NCBI RefSeq assembly: GCF_018977255.1
Contig: NW_024704743.1
Coordinates: 43,836,001-43,900,000 of the forward strand
DNA: 64,000 bases
From: Callorhinchus milii
Lineage: Eukaryota
Direction: 5' to 3'
The notes below the pieces were generated by a model, which ran no database searches, was not told the origin of the DNA, and was given only the letters and a program-made list of their open reading frames with translations. How positions within the stretch are numbered: the first letter of the stretch is position 1; every line of letters begins with the position of its first letter. Below, one piece after another: positions 1 through 12,659 of the stretch. Both the position numbers and the translations under genes were made by a program.

Positions 1-353
1 GCGCTTTACAGGATTTACTTTGGAGTTATTGGTGAATGCAGCAGCCAATTTGAGCAAAGAAATGTCCCACAAACAGTCATGAAGTGAGGAACAAATTTTT
101 ATTTTGGAGGATTGTTGGTGAAGGCATGAGGAGAAACCCCCTTCTCTTATCGAGTAGTGCCATGGAATCTTAACATCCAGGCAGAAGCGACCTTGGTATA
201 ATGTCTCATCTGAAGGACGGCATCTCCAATGATGGAGCTCAGGCCCAGCACTATATTAAAGTGTCAGCCTAGACTGTGGGCTCAAAGTTCCAATTTGAAC
301 CCACAGTCTTCTTCACTCAGAGGTGAAAGTGCTGCCAACTGAATTAGGCTGAC
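1..353 (-). mobile_element. Deu-domain tRNA SINE (SacSINE1/AmnSINE1-like), old
   Basis: agtgccatggaatcttaacatcc...taatgtctcatctgaaggacggcatctcc...gtgtcagcctagact...ttgaacccacag...ctcagaggtgaaagtgct matches the reverse complement of the Deu domain and tRNA head as I recall them. Confidence 0.8.
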
Positions 354-1036
354 CCCTATCAAATGTTCCTTTCAGAAGGAAATGAGGCACAAGACAAATG
401 TTTTGCTTCTCCAAGAGAAGATAACATTTCCATTTACTGAATCAAATTCTTTCTGGCCTCTCTCATTGCCAATAAATGCCATATTATGGACAGTTTTGTC
501 CTGCAAACGCATGCCCACAAGGAAATGGGCTAGCCAGATGAATTTCCCTGTGATTTCCAGTCGATTACGTTTTTCTATTCAATTAATTAGCACAGCTGTC
601 AGAGAGAAGAGCCTTCATTCTCCTCAGTCTGGGCTTAATTCAAACCAGGTCCCTGTGGTAGAAAAACATGCTCTAATTTCAGCTGCTTTAAATATTTTCA
701 TCCTGTGTGTGGTATCCCCCAATATGTTGTTTGTTAGATCATTTGTCCCAGGCTCCCAAGGTAAACAAACTCAATGGACTTGTTTTATTTCTGTGTGAGA
801 GACACAAGCTTTAAAAATAAATAAGGAAATAGTCACAGAGAAACTGTCATCTGTTCTGCACTATAATGAGTCCCTTCTTGTCAGCTGTTCTGTGTAGTGT
901 TATTAATGCTGAAAGCCACAGAGCAAACCAAAGCCTAGCCCTCCCAGCTGCAGGAAAAAAGCCATGGAGATGAGCATCTGAGATGCCAGAAAACGATCGC
1001 TGAGAGTCAGCAGTGCTAAAATGAAAGAAGTAAAGT

Positions 1037-1348
1037 TAATAATAATAATCCTTGCATTTGATATAGCCTTTGCACGTCCTGTAGGCATCTGAAAACGCTT
1101 CACAGAACATACTGTAAAGTGAATTGACTGTATATTTGTGGGCAAAACGTAGCAACCAATTGTGCACAGCAGTGTCCCACAAACAGTCGTGGTTGAAGTC
1201 ACCAATTTTATTATTGTTTTTTTTCTTGAGGGATTATGATCAGGTGTGTGGAGTAAGGAAACTTGCCCAAGATTTCGCCCTGCCGGGAATCAAACCTAGG
1301 TCTCTTGCTTGCGAGGCGAGTGCTCTAACCACTGAGCTACAGGACTCC
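1037..1348 (-). mobile_element. tRNA(Ala)-like/CORE SINE, short form
   Basis: Head GGAGTCCTGTAGCTCAGTGGTTAGAGCA (A box) with B-box-like sequence; TTGGGCAAG CORE start; L2-like stem-loop; (ATT)n tail. Confidence 0.92.
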
Positions 1349-1481
1349 TACGTTTCAAGTTGATGAAATCCTTAAATATTCTGCAGGATAACAACAACTA
1401 CAACAAGATTCCATTTATAAAGCGCCTTTCACGTCAGGAGGACGTCCCAAGGCGCTGCACAGTTGGGTCATGACCCGAGCA

Positions 1482-1573
1482 GGGGGGAAATGGTCAGGGT
1501 GAGGGGAGGGAAGGGAGGGAGCGAGGAGGGGGGAAATGGTCAGGGTGAGGGGAGGGAAGGGAGGGAGCGAGGA
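1482..1573. repeat. Perfect 46-bp tandem duplication in the L2 3' UTR
   Basis: ggggggaaatggtcagggtgaggggagggaagggagggagcgagga at 1482-1527 and 1528-1573; single copy in the sister element near 44320-44362. Confidence 0.95.
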
Positions 1574-1609
1574 GGGGGAAGAGAGTCGAGAGGGGAGCTG
1601 AAGGCACGG

Positions 1610-4600
1610 TCAAAGAGAAAGGTTTTGAGACCGGCCTTGAAGGAGGAAAGGGAGGAAGCAAGGCGAAGGCACTGGGGGATGGAGTTCCAGAGCCTGGGGC
1701 TGAGAGGCTGAAGGCCCGACCACCGATGGTAGGGCGGTTGGGGCGGGGGACGTGGAGCAGACCGGAGCCAGAGGAACGGAGGGTACGGGCAGGTAGGTAG
1801 GGGGATAGTAGGTTGGAGAGGTAGGAGGGAGCAAGGCCGTGAATGGCCTTGTAGGTGAGGATGAGGATCTTGAAATCAATCCTCTGGGGGATGGGGAGCC
1901 AGTGGAGGCGAGCGAGGGTGGGAGTGATGTGGTCGCGAAGCCTGGTGCGGGACAGTACACGAGCTGCAGAGTTCTGAATGACCTGCAGCTTGTGGAGGGA
2001 GGTGGCGGGAAGGCCGGCGAGGAGAGAGTTCCCATAGTCCAGCCTTGAGGTGACAAAGGCGTGAACCAGGGTTTCAGCAGCGTGAGGGGTGAGGTAATGC
2101 CGTAGTCTGGCGATGTTCCGGAGGTGATGGAAGGCGGTGCCAGTTGTGGTGCGGATGTGAGGGAGAAAGGACAGCTCAGGGTCGAACAAAACGCCGAGGT
2201 TCCTGACTGGCTTTGAGAGGTGGAGAGTGCAGCCTTGGATGCTGATGGTGTCAGCGCCTGAGGTGCGGAGGCGCTGACGTGAGCCAATCAGGAGGGCCTC
2301 GGTTTTTCGCACGTTGAGCTGAAGAAAGTTGTCTCTCGTCCAGGACTCGATGTCGGACAGGCAGGCTGTCAGGACATCGGTGGTCGTGGAGTTGAGAGTA
2401 GAGGAGGAAAGGTAGAGTTGGGTGTCATCCGCATACATGTGGAAGTTAACTCCATGTCTGCGGATGATGTCACCGAGGGGGAGCATATAGAGGGTGAAGA
2501 GGAGGGGACCGAGGACAGAGCCCTGAGGGACACCACATGAGACAGTACGGGGGGTGGAGGAGAAGCCATTCGTCGAGACAAAGTGAAGACGGTGAGAAAG
2601 GTACGAACTAAACCATTCAAGGACAGTGCCTTGAAGGTTGAGGTGGGAGGACAAGCGGTGGAGTAGGATAGCGTGGTCGACCGTATCGAATGCTGCCGAT
2701 AGGTCGAGGAGGACGAGGAGACAGAGGGAGCCCTGGTCACAGATGGTCAGGATATCATTGGTGACCTTGACCAGGGCAGTTTCTGTGCTATGGGCAGCAC
2801 GGAAACCTGACTGAAGGGGTTCGAAAAGAGAATGGGTGGAAAGGAAAGAGCGCAGTTGGGAGGCGACAACTCTTTCCAAGACCTTGGAGAGAAAGGGGAG
2901 GTTGGAGATGGGCCGGTAGCTTGATAGCTGCGACGCATCAAGGGAGGGTTTTTTCAGGGTGGGCGTGATGATGGCAGTTTTTAATGGAATGGGGACAGAG
3001 CCAGAGGAGAGGGACAGGTTGATGATGTCAGTGATATGTGGGGCAAGAAAGTGGAGCTGGGAGATAAGGAGTGGAGTGGGGATGGGGTCAAGGGAGCAGG
3101 TGGTTGGTTTTAGGGATAGGATGAGTTCAGTGACAGAGGGTGGGGAAACGGGTACGAAGGTGTGTAGGGGAGGATGGGTAGGAGTCGGAGTGTGGGAGGG
3201 AAGGGGTGGGTGGTGGGTGGAAGTTGGAGGGGAAGTGACCGCGGAGCGGATTCCCTTGATCTTGGATTCAAGGAAATCCAGCATCTCCTCGCAGTGAAGG
3301 TTGGAGGAGATGACCTGCGCGGGGTGGCGGGGGGGACGGAGGAGTCGGGTTGTGGTGGAAAACAGTAGCCTGGGGTTGTTCTTCGCCTCCAGGATTATCC
3401 TGGAGTAGAAGGACGACTTGGCCGAGGCTAGAGTGGAGCGGTAAATTTTGAGGAGGTCCAGCCAGATTTGTCGGTGGACCGTTAGGCCAGATTTGACACA
3501 GGTGCGTTCAGCAGCCCGCACCTGGCTTTTCAGTGAGCGGAGGTGGGTGGTGTACCAGGGGGAGGAGCGGGAGTAGGAGACAGTGCGGGAAGTGATGGGG
3601 GCAAGAGTATCGAGTGTGGAGGAGAGGGTATTGTGGAGGAGGGAGAGAGGAGAAGAGGGGTCGGTGAGGGTTGAAGGCCAGAGGGAGAGGAGTTCAGAGG
3701 ACTCCAAGGCATCGGTTAGGGATTGTGGGGGTAACTTCTTCCAAGGGCGGTAGAAGATGGTGGTGGGTCTGGTGGAGGTGGGGAGGGGGGTGGAGGTGGT
3801 GAAGGAGATGAAGTAGTGGTCAGAGATGGCCTTGTCGGTAATAGTGACATCCGAGACACTGAGGCCCCGGGTGATCACCAAATCGAGTGGGTGGCCGTGA
3901 CTGTGAGTGGGGGAGTTTATGTGTAAGGAGAGGTTGAGTGAGGAGAGCAGGGAAGAGAAGTCTGTGGAGATGGAGCAGGAGGGGTGAAGTGTAGGTTAAA
4001 GTCGCCCAGGATGATGAGGCGATCAGAGCAGAGGCAAAGAGATGTGAGGAGTGTTGAAATGTCAGAGATGAAGGTGGGAGAGGTTTTAGGGGGCCGGTAG
4101 AGGAGGAGGATTTTAAGGGAGAGGAATGAGGGGTGGGAGAGGGTGAGGTGCTCAAAGGAGGGGAAAGAGCCAGTGGAGTAGGGGGATAGGGCAAGTGGTG
4201 TCCTTGAGATAAGGGCAACACCACCGCCACGGCGGTTGGGGCGGGGGATGTGGTGGGAGGTGTAGCCGGGTGGCGTGGCCTCCGTGAGGGGGAAGGTGTC
4301 GCCTGGGGTGAGCCAGGTTTCTGTTAAGGCCATGATGTCAACGTTCTTGTTGCAGAGGGAGCGGACATTTTGCAGTCCGATGTGGAGGGAGCGGTTGACA
4401 GAAGGGTGTGTGGGAGGGGAGGGGGGTCCAGGTTGTGAGGCAGGGGTGGGGGGAATGGGGATGAGGGAGGAGAGGTTGACTCCCCGGGTCTGTGTCCGGG
4501 GTGGGTGGCGAGTGTGGTGGGGAATGGGGCAGTCGGTGTGGCTGCTGCTGGACAGCCAACGCCGAGTGCCGCGGTGAGCCCGGCGGAGGATTCCCAGGCT

Positions 4601-4764
4601 GGAACAGAGGGAGGTTGTGGGAGGGTCAAGTGGGGATAGAAGACGAGAGGGACGGAGAGAGAGGAGGAGAGAGCGGGAGAGATGCAGAGGGGGGAGGGTT
4701 TGGGGGGAGAGAGGAGGGGGCGGGAGAGAGGGGGTGAGGGGGCTCGGGTCAAAGCGGCAGCCAT
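1610..4764 (-). pseudogene. L2 ORF2-like EN-RT polyprotein, frameshifted (pieces are ORFs 3917-4918 and 1494-3881)
   Basis: Frameshift just after GDFNLH (about 3985) separates the EN and RT frames; 1-bp deletion near 1695 relative to the 42.7-44.4 kb copy (ccccaggctc vs ccccgaggctc) shifts the C-terminus; NVRSLCNK runs directly into NVDIMALTETW, suggesting a short in-frame deletion. Ends approximate. Confidence 0.85.
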
Positions 4765-6894
4765 AGTGCGCACGCGGGGACCGGGAGCGAGCAGTCAGGT
4801 GGATGGCATTATCCCGTAGATTGGGGCAGCGAACCCAACAGGACCATAGTGGGCTGTGATGTGAGCCCTGGGGGGGGGGGGGGCGCAGAGGTTTTTTTTT
4901 TTTTGCGCGCGCACGCACCTGAAAACTAATCTATGACGTCACATGGTTGAAGGTGTTATTTTGTGCTCCATATTTCCCAACAAAAGCATAACAATATAAC
5001 AGAATACAACAGAAATTAAGTTCTTTGAGACGTTTCAATGACATGATGAGGCACTATACCAAATACAAGGATTATTATTATCATTATTTACATTTATAGA
5101 GTGCCTTTCAAACCAAGAGGATGTCTGAAAGCTACAGTAAACAAAGGCTTGTCAGAATGGAATCATAGGAATGTCCTGATGCAGAATAAGGCCATTTTGG
5201 TCCATCTACCATATGCTACAATAAAATCATACACTAGTGTAAAATTCATAGCCTCAATAACTCATTTACCAATAGCCCATGTGATTCCTCTTGCTTACAG
5301 GTCATGTGTCACCAAGAAGTTAAACATGAAAGCCTTCAATTTGGCAGAGCACAGGATTGAATAGATGAAAATTAACATACAAACGGTGGGAACTTCTAAC
5401 TTATCCTAAATGTACATCCAGAAATAGAAATAAGCTCAGTTCTGACACTCATAGGAAAGGAGCAACAGATAATTTAATTTGAATAATGGAGCTCCGTTTT
5501 CAAAAAAATTCTAAATGTTTCTTTTGAACTTAAATCAGCTGAAAATGATTTTCAAACTGGAGAAAGATGAAAGATGAAAATGGTCCATTCTTTGCCTCAC
5601 CTCACCAATCTATAATCGCACGTTCATTTTCACTGGTTACGCTACTCACTTCTGTTCATTGAGAGGTACATTTCAACAATTTCAAATAACCTGTGATTTG
5701 GTGGCTTCATCCAACACAATTAGTTGAGTTGATGTACATTGGCATGTCCAGCTATATAGCTCAGCAGTAGTGTGTACAGTCTCTGAAGTGTACAGATGCC
5801 CCACAGTCAAATTTTTTTTAAATGCCTTCATAATCTTTTACAGACAACTGCATATGTTAATATAACCTGTGGAACTTGTCCACAGTTTTCACTAGTGAGG
5901 AATTAATTTAACATGCCCACTATTTCCTTGTTCTCTGTAATGCCTCTATCCAATTTATGAATCAATTCCAACCGCAATGTATGATATATTAAATATTGAT
6001 ATCAATTTTGCTATTTAACACTTTCATTTAAATTAATTAACATTTTGACTGGTCCCCAGGTGTGCTGGTGGTTTGAAGCCCCCCGCAACCACCTCAATCA
6101 TCACACAGTATGACATATTGAATAACTGGCTTGTATTGGTTTTCCCAATAGGTTCCCAAAATAGGTTTACATCGCGGCTTTATCACCCAAGGATATATAT
6201 CTCCAAAGCATTCCTCGCCATTTTCCCTGAGTTCAATTCTCCATAACTTGCAAATCACTAATGTCCTATCCTGTACTAGACTCGACACACCCATTACTCC
6301 CATTCATGCTTGAGAGACTGCACTGGCTACCAGTAGTATTGACTTGCTTTCAAATGCCTTCAAAGTCTCATCCTTCTTTACCTGGACACTCTACTCCAGC
6401 CTTCTCCCCTGCCTGAACCCTCCACTACTCCAGTTCTGGTCTATTGGTCATTCTTCACTTCCTCCTTCCCACTCTTGGTAATCAAGCATGTAGGTATTGT
6501 AATAATGTTTCTTACATTTCATACAGCATCATTCACATTGGGAGCACATCTCAAAGTGCTTCACAGGCTATATTGTAAAGTGTCCAGACTCTGTAATTTG
6601 TTGATATATTTTTGTATTTTGTACATTTTACTCACGTTGCTCTACAATTCTATACCAAAACCTTTTTGCCTCACTTCCTGTCTTCAAAGCACTCCTAAAA
6701 ATCTATTTACTGTGCTTTTGGTCATCTTCCTTAATTCTCCAATCATTTTACATGCTTGGCACAGCCTTTCAGAATTGTTAAAGCACTAAGAGACATTGAA
6801 CAATAGTAAATGTACATGAGTCTGTTGTTAAAGATTCTATAGTGAAACAAATCATCTGTGTTTGTCAATATGTCAGTCAAAATCATTTTTTTAA

Positions 6895-7060
6895 AAAAAT
6901 GATTACTCAATCCACGGCTGTTTGTGGGATACTGCTGTGCGCCACATTTTGCTCACAAAATATATTGTCAATTCACTTTACACTACATTCTGTGAAGCCC
7001 TTTGAAATGTCTTGAATACGTGATAAGGCGCTATATCAAATGCAAGGATTATTATTAGTA
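6895..7060 (+). mobile_element. SINE 3' half
   Basis: caatccacggctgtttgtgggatactgctgtgcg...ggcgctatatcaaatgcaaggattattatt. Confidence 0.85.
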
Positions 7061-7745
7061 TTAATAACGACTTGCATTTATATTGTGTCCTTCATGTAAT
7101 ATAGCAGAATTCATTCTATGTAAGAAGTGCTTTATAAGCAAAGTTGTTGTTGTGACCAATTATTATAAGGTGGCTAATTTCAATGTGTATATTTCACTCC
7201 ATAAAATGTATCCAACATTATTTCACCCCATCATCACTAACAGTAGATTTACTTCTTGCATAGTTTGATCTCATTTACTGCTACTTGGAATCTGTCTTCA
7301 TGTTGCCTATTATCTCTATATTCGCGATTCATATTCTTAACCTTATTTTTTCAGAACTACCATGTCTTCACTACTCTTCATAGCCTGCAGACTATGTTAT
7401 AAAATACTTCTGTTTTTAGGTTATGTTTGACCTCCTCACTCAGGTACTGATATCTTCTTTTCTCCTAGGGAGGCAACTCCTTTCCACATCACTTGAAACA
7501 GCCTCAGAAAATGCCACTATTTTCTGATGTTTTATTCCCTAGTTCTATTTCCCATTGAATCCTCTCTGGAACTCTCTATAGTGAAACATCTGTACCACTT
7601 GCCAACCATTTCAACTCCGTGCAACACATTTTAAAATCGACAGCTGGCTGAGAGTTACAAACAAGTGTTACAAATGCAATGTTTGACAGATAGGGCTGCC
7701 TTTTCCCACAAAGTACTATCTATTTATTCGCAGTTACTACCACCA

Positions 7746-8090
7746 CTAATAATAATCCTTGCATTTGTTATAGAGCCTTTCACATTGGGAGGATGCTTCA
7801 AAGCGCTTCGCAGGAAATACTGTAAAGTGTAGTGACAGTATTGTGCAATTAAATGCGGCAGCCAAATTCCACACAGCACTGTCCCAGAAACAGCTGCAAA
7901 GTGATTGACCATTTTTTATTTGGGGGATTACTGCCCAGAATACCAGGAAAAAACACCTTTTCTCTTTTTAAATAGTGCCAATGGGATCTTTAAAGGCTAT
8001 GTAAGCATAAACCTCAGATTAACATCTCATCCAAAGGACAGCACCTCCAATAATGCAGCACTAATTGCATTGGAGTGTCAGCCTGACACA
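7746..8090 (-). mobile_element. Deu-domain SINE lacking head
   Basis: (ATT)n tail, shared 3' module, aatagtgccaatgggatcttta...catctcatccaaaggacagcacctcc...ggagtgtcagcct. Confidence 0.8.
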
Positions 8091-9559
8091 TCAAGTGCTC
8101 TTGGACACCAACCTGCGCCAAGGACGGTATATAAATACAAGGTGTTGTTGTTGTATCTACAACTTGTATATCCAACATTTATTGCAGATAACTGCCCAAC
8201 TTTGTAATCTTTGTAATGCTTTTATCTTACATATTTCATCTTTTAACTTAAAATCTTCAGAATCTCTCTACTCCAATAGAAAAAAAGCTTGGCAATATAC
8301 GTGTTTCATAGCACATTTGAGAATGCTATAGTTAAATGGCTATCATTGAAACAATAACAACAACAACTTGCATTCATATAATGCCCTTAATGCAGGGCAG
8401 CATCTCAGAGGGCTTAAGGAACATCGCTACTCAGAATGCAAAATGCTGAGAGAAAAATTCTTCACAGCGACTTCACCAGTAATAGTTTGAAATTTGTACA
8501 ACAATTTAGCTCTCATTGAACCATTACCACTCTACATACAAGTTAATAATAATAATAATCCTTGCATTTGATATAGTGCCTTATCTCGTCTTCAAGACGT
8601 CTCAAAGTGCTTCAAGTTAACCCATCATGTTCTGATACCTCTCATGTTCTTGAACTTAAGGCCACTGTCTTAACATTTAGGATTGTACATAACTTTGAAA
8701 AACAGTCATAATTTCAGTTTTAATTCAGAAGCTGATTTTATGCAGGGTTTTTTTTTGGTGCTGTGAAAAAATTAGTCTCTAAATTAATATTGAATTTAAA
8801 CCTATTTTCCTAGAATCTTGCACGATTTAAAGGGTTTTCCAACAACTGATGGCTCTGGGGATCACTAAAGCAATTACTTGTCAGGTAACAGCACTACAGT
8901 GCATTTGACACATTACAAATGTCAAAGATTGAGTCAGCCAAGTCAACTTTCAAAGTTTTGGTATTGAACTGACTGGCGGAGATTGCCTTTAAAGCTGAAA
9001 AAAGCCAATCCAAAGACAACCCAAAACTAAACAGCAACAGCCAACAGAAAATGACAGGCCAGAAAAGTGTTTAAAATGTTGTCCTTATAACAAAAGATCT
9101 GAATAGATAAATTGTTAGATATTAATAAGCTAGAAATATAAAGTTAGAAGACAGTAAAATTTAACTCAAACTACAGTATAATAAAGCCAGGAATGAAAGT
9201 GATGAAAAGAAATACACAAGGAATACAGTAAAGAAAATAAAAACGTCTCTTTGTAAGCTTCTTTGATAACAATTTGCCCTATTCTGTATGCTGTAAAATG
9301 TTACATAAATAGAGTTAATTTAGACCCAGATGGAATTTCTCCTGTGCAGTGTATTAGCTGGAATGTCTGACACCTCTGGGCAAACTAAGGGCTCACATTG
9401 AAAATGTGTGATGAACAGCTCTGAGATACAATTTATATTCCCTTTATAGCTTTGAGTATAAAGTTATTCACAACGTTATCAGCTATGAGTCAGTTCAGGT
9501 AAGACATCCTAATAGCCTATAGGGAAGGAGAGAAGCTCCTTCGTCTATAGTCAGAGCAC

Positions 9560-9785
9560 TACTCACCATATACTTGCTCCTTTCCTCACCTCTTTCAAGA
9601 TCCATCTCCAGACCTTCCTCTTTGAGTGCACCTTCAGTCATTTTTCCCCTCCCCACCCCGCTCAGCTTCCACTCCCAGTTATGGTTCCAAGCCAGGACGA
9701 TCAGTGCCTTGGAACATCCTCCTGACATAAAAGGTGTTATATAAGTGGCTATATAAATGCAAATTTGTATTGTATCTTATTGTAT
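9560..9785 (+). mobile_element. Old L2 3' end fragment
   Basis: ccttcctctttgagtgcaccttcagtca...gtgccttggaacatcctcctgacataaaaggtg, then tgtat tail. Confidence 0.7.
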
Positions 9786-12089
9786 ATAGTACTACATAAA
9801 CTGTACAGCCCAGAAACAGACCATTCAGCCCAACTAGTCTGTGCAGTGCTCACATGAGCTCCATCCCTCCTAATCCCCTCTTCCCATTCCCTTCTCCTGC
9901 ATGTATGGTAGCTGTGCTGGACAAAGTTACAAGACCCATAAAAACATCTACATAGCCTTCATAGGGGAAACTATTTTGGAACAGTTTCTGTAATAAATTT
10001 CTGGTAAGTGAAATTAAAAAGAATATTTTTGTAAAATATGTACATTCCAAGAGGCAGGATATTGGGAAGATTGTTTCTGATAATGGCTAAATCAAGACAC
10101 ATGTTTTCACAGAATGGCATAACTTATGGAATGTTAATTGTATCATTTTAGGAAATTATTGCTCTATTCGAGTCAATGTTAAATTTTCAAAAGATATCTT
10201 ACAAGAGCTTTTGTACTTTACATTATGGAAGAAAGTGCCTTTGTGCTACCTAGTAAGACTACCTGGGTCTCATTACTAACACCAGCAATCTTTTTTATCT
10301 AGTCTTTATAATTTAATTTTCCCCTACAAAGATTTAACAGAAAAAGATTGCTCCCTTAAGCGATCAACATTCATGAAGCTCCCCAATGTGATTTGTGAAG
10401 ATGTGAACTTTGGACAAGATGAGGCATTACATTGCTTTGCTATCCAACAGCATCGGACAGATTCCCAATACGTCTTCTCATTCACAAAGCATAATCAGTT
10501 GTGCATGAATGCACTGAAGCAAGACTCAAAACAATCCGAATATTTATGAGGAATGGGAGCTGGAAAGTGCCTATGATCATTCTGACTCCTACAGTCAACT
10601 AAGTGAAGCTGGCAGCCGATCACTTAACAAGCTTGAAGAGGTTCTACCGAGGTAAAGTACAATGAAATCTCAGTGTCTCGGTACCACATAAATGAAGACA
10701 TCACCTTTATTATTCGCAATCATGGACTGGACAATCTTGGAGTAGAAGCTATTCACTCTGCAGTACATTCAGATGTCATGGAGTAATTTGGGACATGTAT
10801 CGCGCAAGTGCCTGACCAATGTGGCAGTATTTATGTGGCCATATCAGTGGTGTTACATGTACAATACTAAACAAATTTACACCGATATAATGTCTTTCAA
10901 GTCAGGAGGATGTCCCCTAGTGCTTGACACTTGTGGCTGGGCAACCGAGCTAGGAGTGGAACTTGGATGTGGAATTTTCTGATAATTTAAACATGTGAGT
11001 TGCATTGACACATCCTGCTATTGATATGAATAAAGCTCTAATTACTGAAGAATTTAAGCAAAGGGTGTCAAACAAAATTGGACAGTCACTTCATGGATGC
11101 TACCCTTCGCTAGCTTGATAAACTTGGGGTGGTTATGATCAATGAGTAATATGGCAAGGAAACAGGCCATTTGGCCCACTAGTCTGTGCCGGTAATAACC
11201 ATAGTTCCTCTAATACATCTATCAGCAGATATTACTGTTATAGAGCACATTATCTCCACTTAGCCACTGGCAGAGAAAAATCACAATACAATGAAGCTTG
11301 AATGAAACCTCAAAGTTCACAGCGTATGCTGTAAAACATGAGCGATACCCTGGAGTCATTTCTTGTCTGTAATTCCCATCTCAGGTCTAGATGCTTGTTA
11401 TTAATTGTTCAAGCTTTAGTCTCATTCTTTATTGCCTCATCCGAGTCAGAAGATCACATTATAATCACTCCCGGGTATCTGCGTTTCTCAACGATAATAA
11501 CCTTTCCCTTGGAGTGCTTGTATTCTAACATCAACTTTGTGACTCACTTACATGCATCATTTATTAGTATTACTATGTGTAATTTCTTTATTCAGCTAAA
11601 TTTTGCACAGCATTTTATTTCATACTGCGCACTGATGAGATGTTTACACGTATATCAACATTCATTTCATTTTTGATTAATCTCATTCTGCGAAGCGCTT
11701 CAAGGGATCCTTTCATGTGAAAAACACTTTAAGTGTAAGCTGCTGTTGAACAAGTAAATTAAACCCCAACACTGCTAACAGTACATTCAGAAGACATTGA
11801 GTGATCTGGAAAATGTACGGTACAAGTGCCTGATCCTGATCAATGCTGATCAATGCGTGGAAACTTGCTTTAAATAGTGATCGTAGAAAAATATATGATT
11901 TAATTATTTTCCTTTAAGTTTGTCAGTTCACAAACCAAGTAATACATTACATACAAATTCCTATTGTGTGCAATTCCTAAGGCCAAAAAATTCGTTCAGC
12001 GTTGCTAATTGTTTTTGGGAAAATCTCATGATAAATTCAAATCAAGGAAACCACTGCGCTTTCCAACCTGAGGAATATATTCTGCCCCT

Positions 12090-12300
12090 GCTCTACAGAA
12101 CTCAATCCTGGAATCCCTATTACTCGCCCCGCCCTCTCCACCTTTGAAGCCTATTTTAAGAACTTTCTTTTCGACTATGCTTTCACCTATCACCTCTACC
12201 CGCCCTGCCCTACCCCCCAGCTGATTCCGTGAAGCACGTTGATACGTCCTCCTGACATCTATATTTATATAGGCACTGTATAAGGTAAAATTATTGTTAT
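12090..12300 (+). mobile_element. Old L2 3' end fragment
   Basis: aagaactttcttttcgactatgctttc...acgtcctcctgacat; same layout as other L2 3' ends. Confidence 0.65.
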
Positions 12301-12659
12301 TGAGGAATATTTCACCTAAGTGAATTAACAATAATGATTCAACTAAGAAATATGTTGACAACACCACATGAGATCAATGTACTATATCTAATAGTCACAC
12401 ATCATCTTGACTTGGACATATAGTTCATATTCTTCATCATTGCTGGGTCAAAACCCCAGAACTTCCTACACAATACCATGGTGGGAGCATCGTCACCACA
12501 GGGACTGCAGGAGTTTAAGGAGAAGGTCCCACCACCTACTCACAGCAATCAAAGATAGATAATAAATGCCACATTTATTCCTGTCATCTTCTGAGAAGGA
12601 AAAAATAAACCTTATGACAAGATCGCATGATTGGTTGGGATGAAAAAGACCCTTTGACA

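Larger units (their letters stand above)
1389..4920 (-). mobile_element. Near-full-length L2-clade LINE (single ORF: N-terminal extension, APE endonuclease, reverse transcriptase), disrupted
   Basis: APE motifs (LQNVRSL, MALTETWL, RRGGGVA, LYRPP, ILGDFN, HPLDL, SDHY) and RT motifs ([47 protein letters not shown]); 3' stem-loop followed by a (TTG)n-type tail at about 1389-1406. 5' boundary uncertain. Confidence 0.95.

Noticed and set aside
382..798. 138-aa ORF and the many other 60-130-aa ORFs in AT-rich or SINE sequence
   Set aside because: No recognisable domains; composition typical of random non-coding frames; recurring peptides such as YIKCKDYYY come from SINE tails.
1463..4773. Multiple overlapping Pro/Ser- or Gly-rich ORFs
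   Set aside because: Alternate-frame and antisense shadows of the C-rich L2 ORF; the same applies at 26.4-27.6, 37.7-39.3 and 42.6-45.1 kb.
4770..4870. Possible HDV-like ribozyme at the LINE 5' end
   Set aside because: I could not build the nested double pseudoknot (P1/P1.1/P2/P3) by eye on either strand; only simple hairpins are evident.
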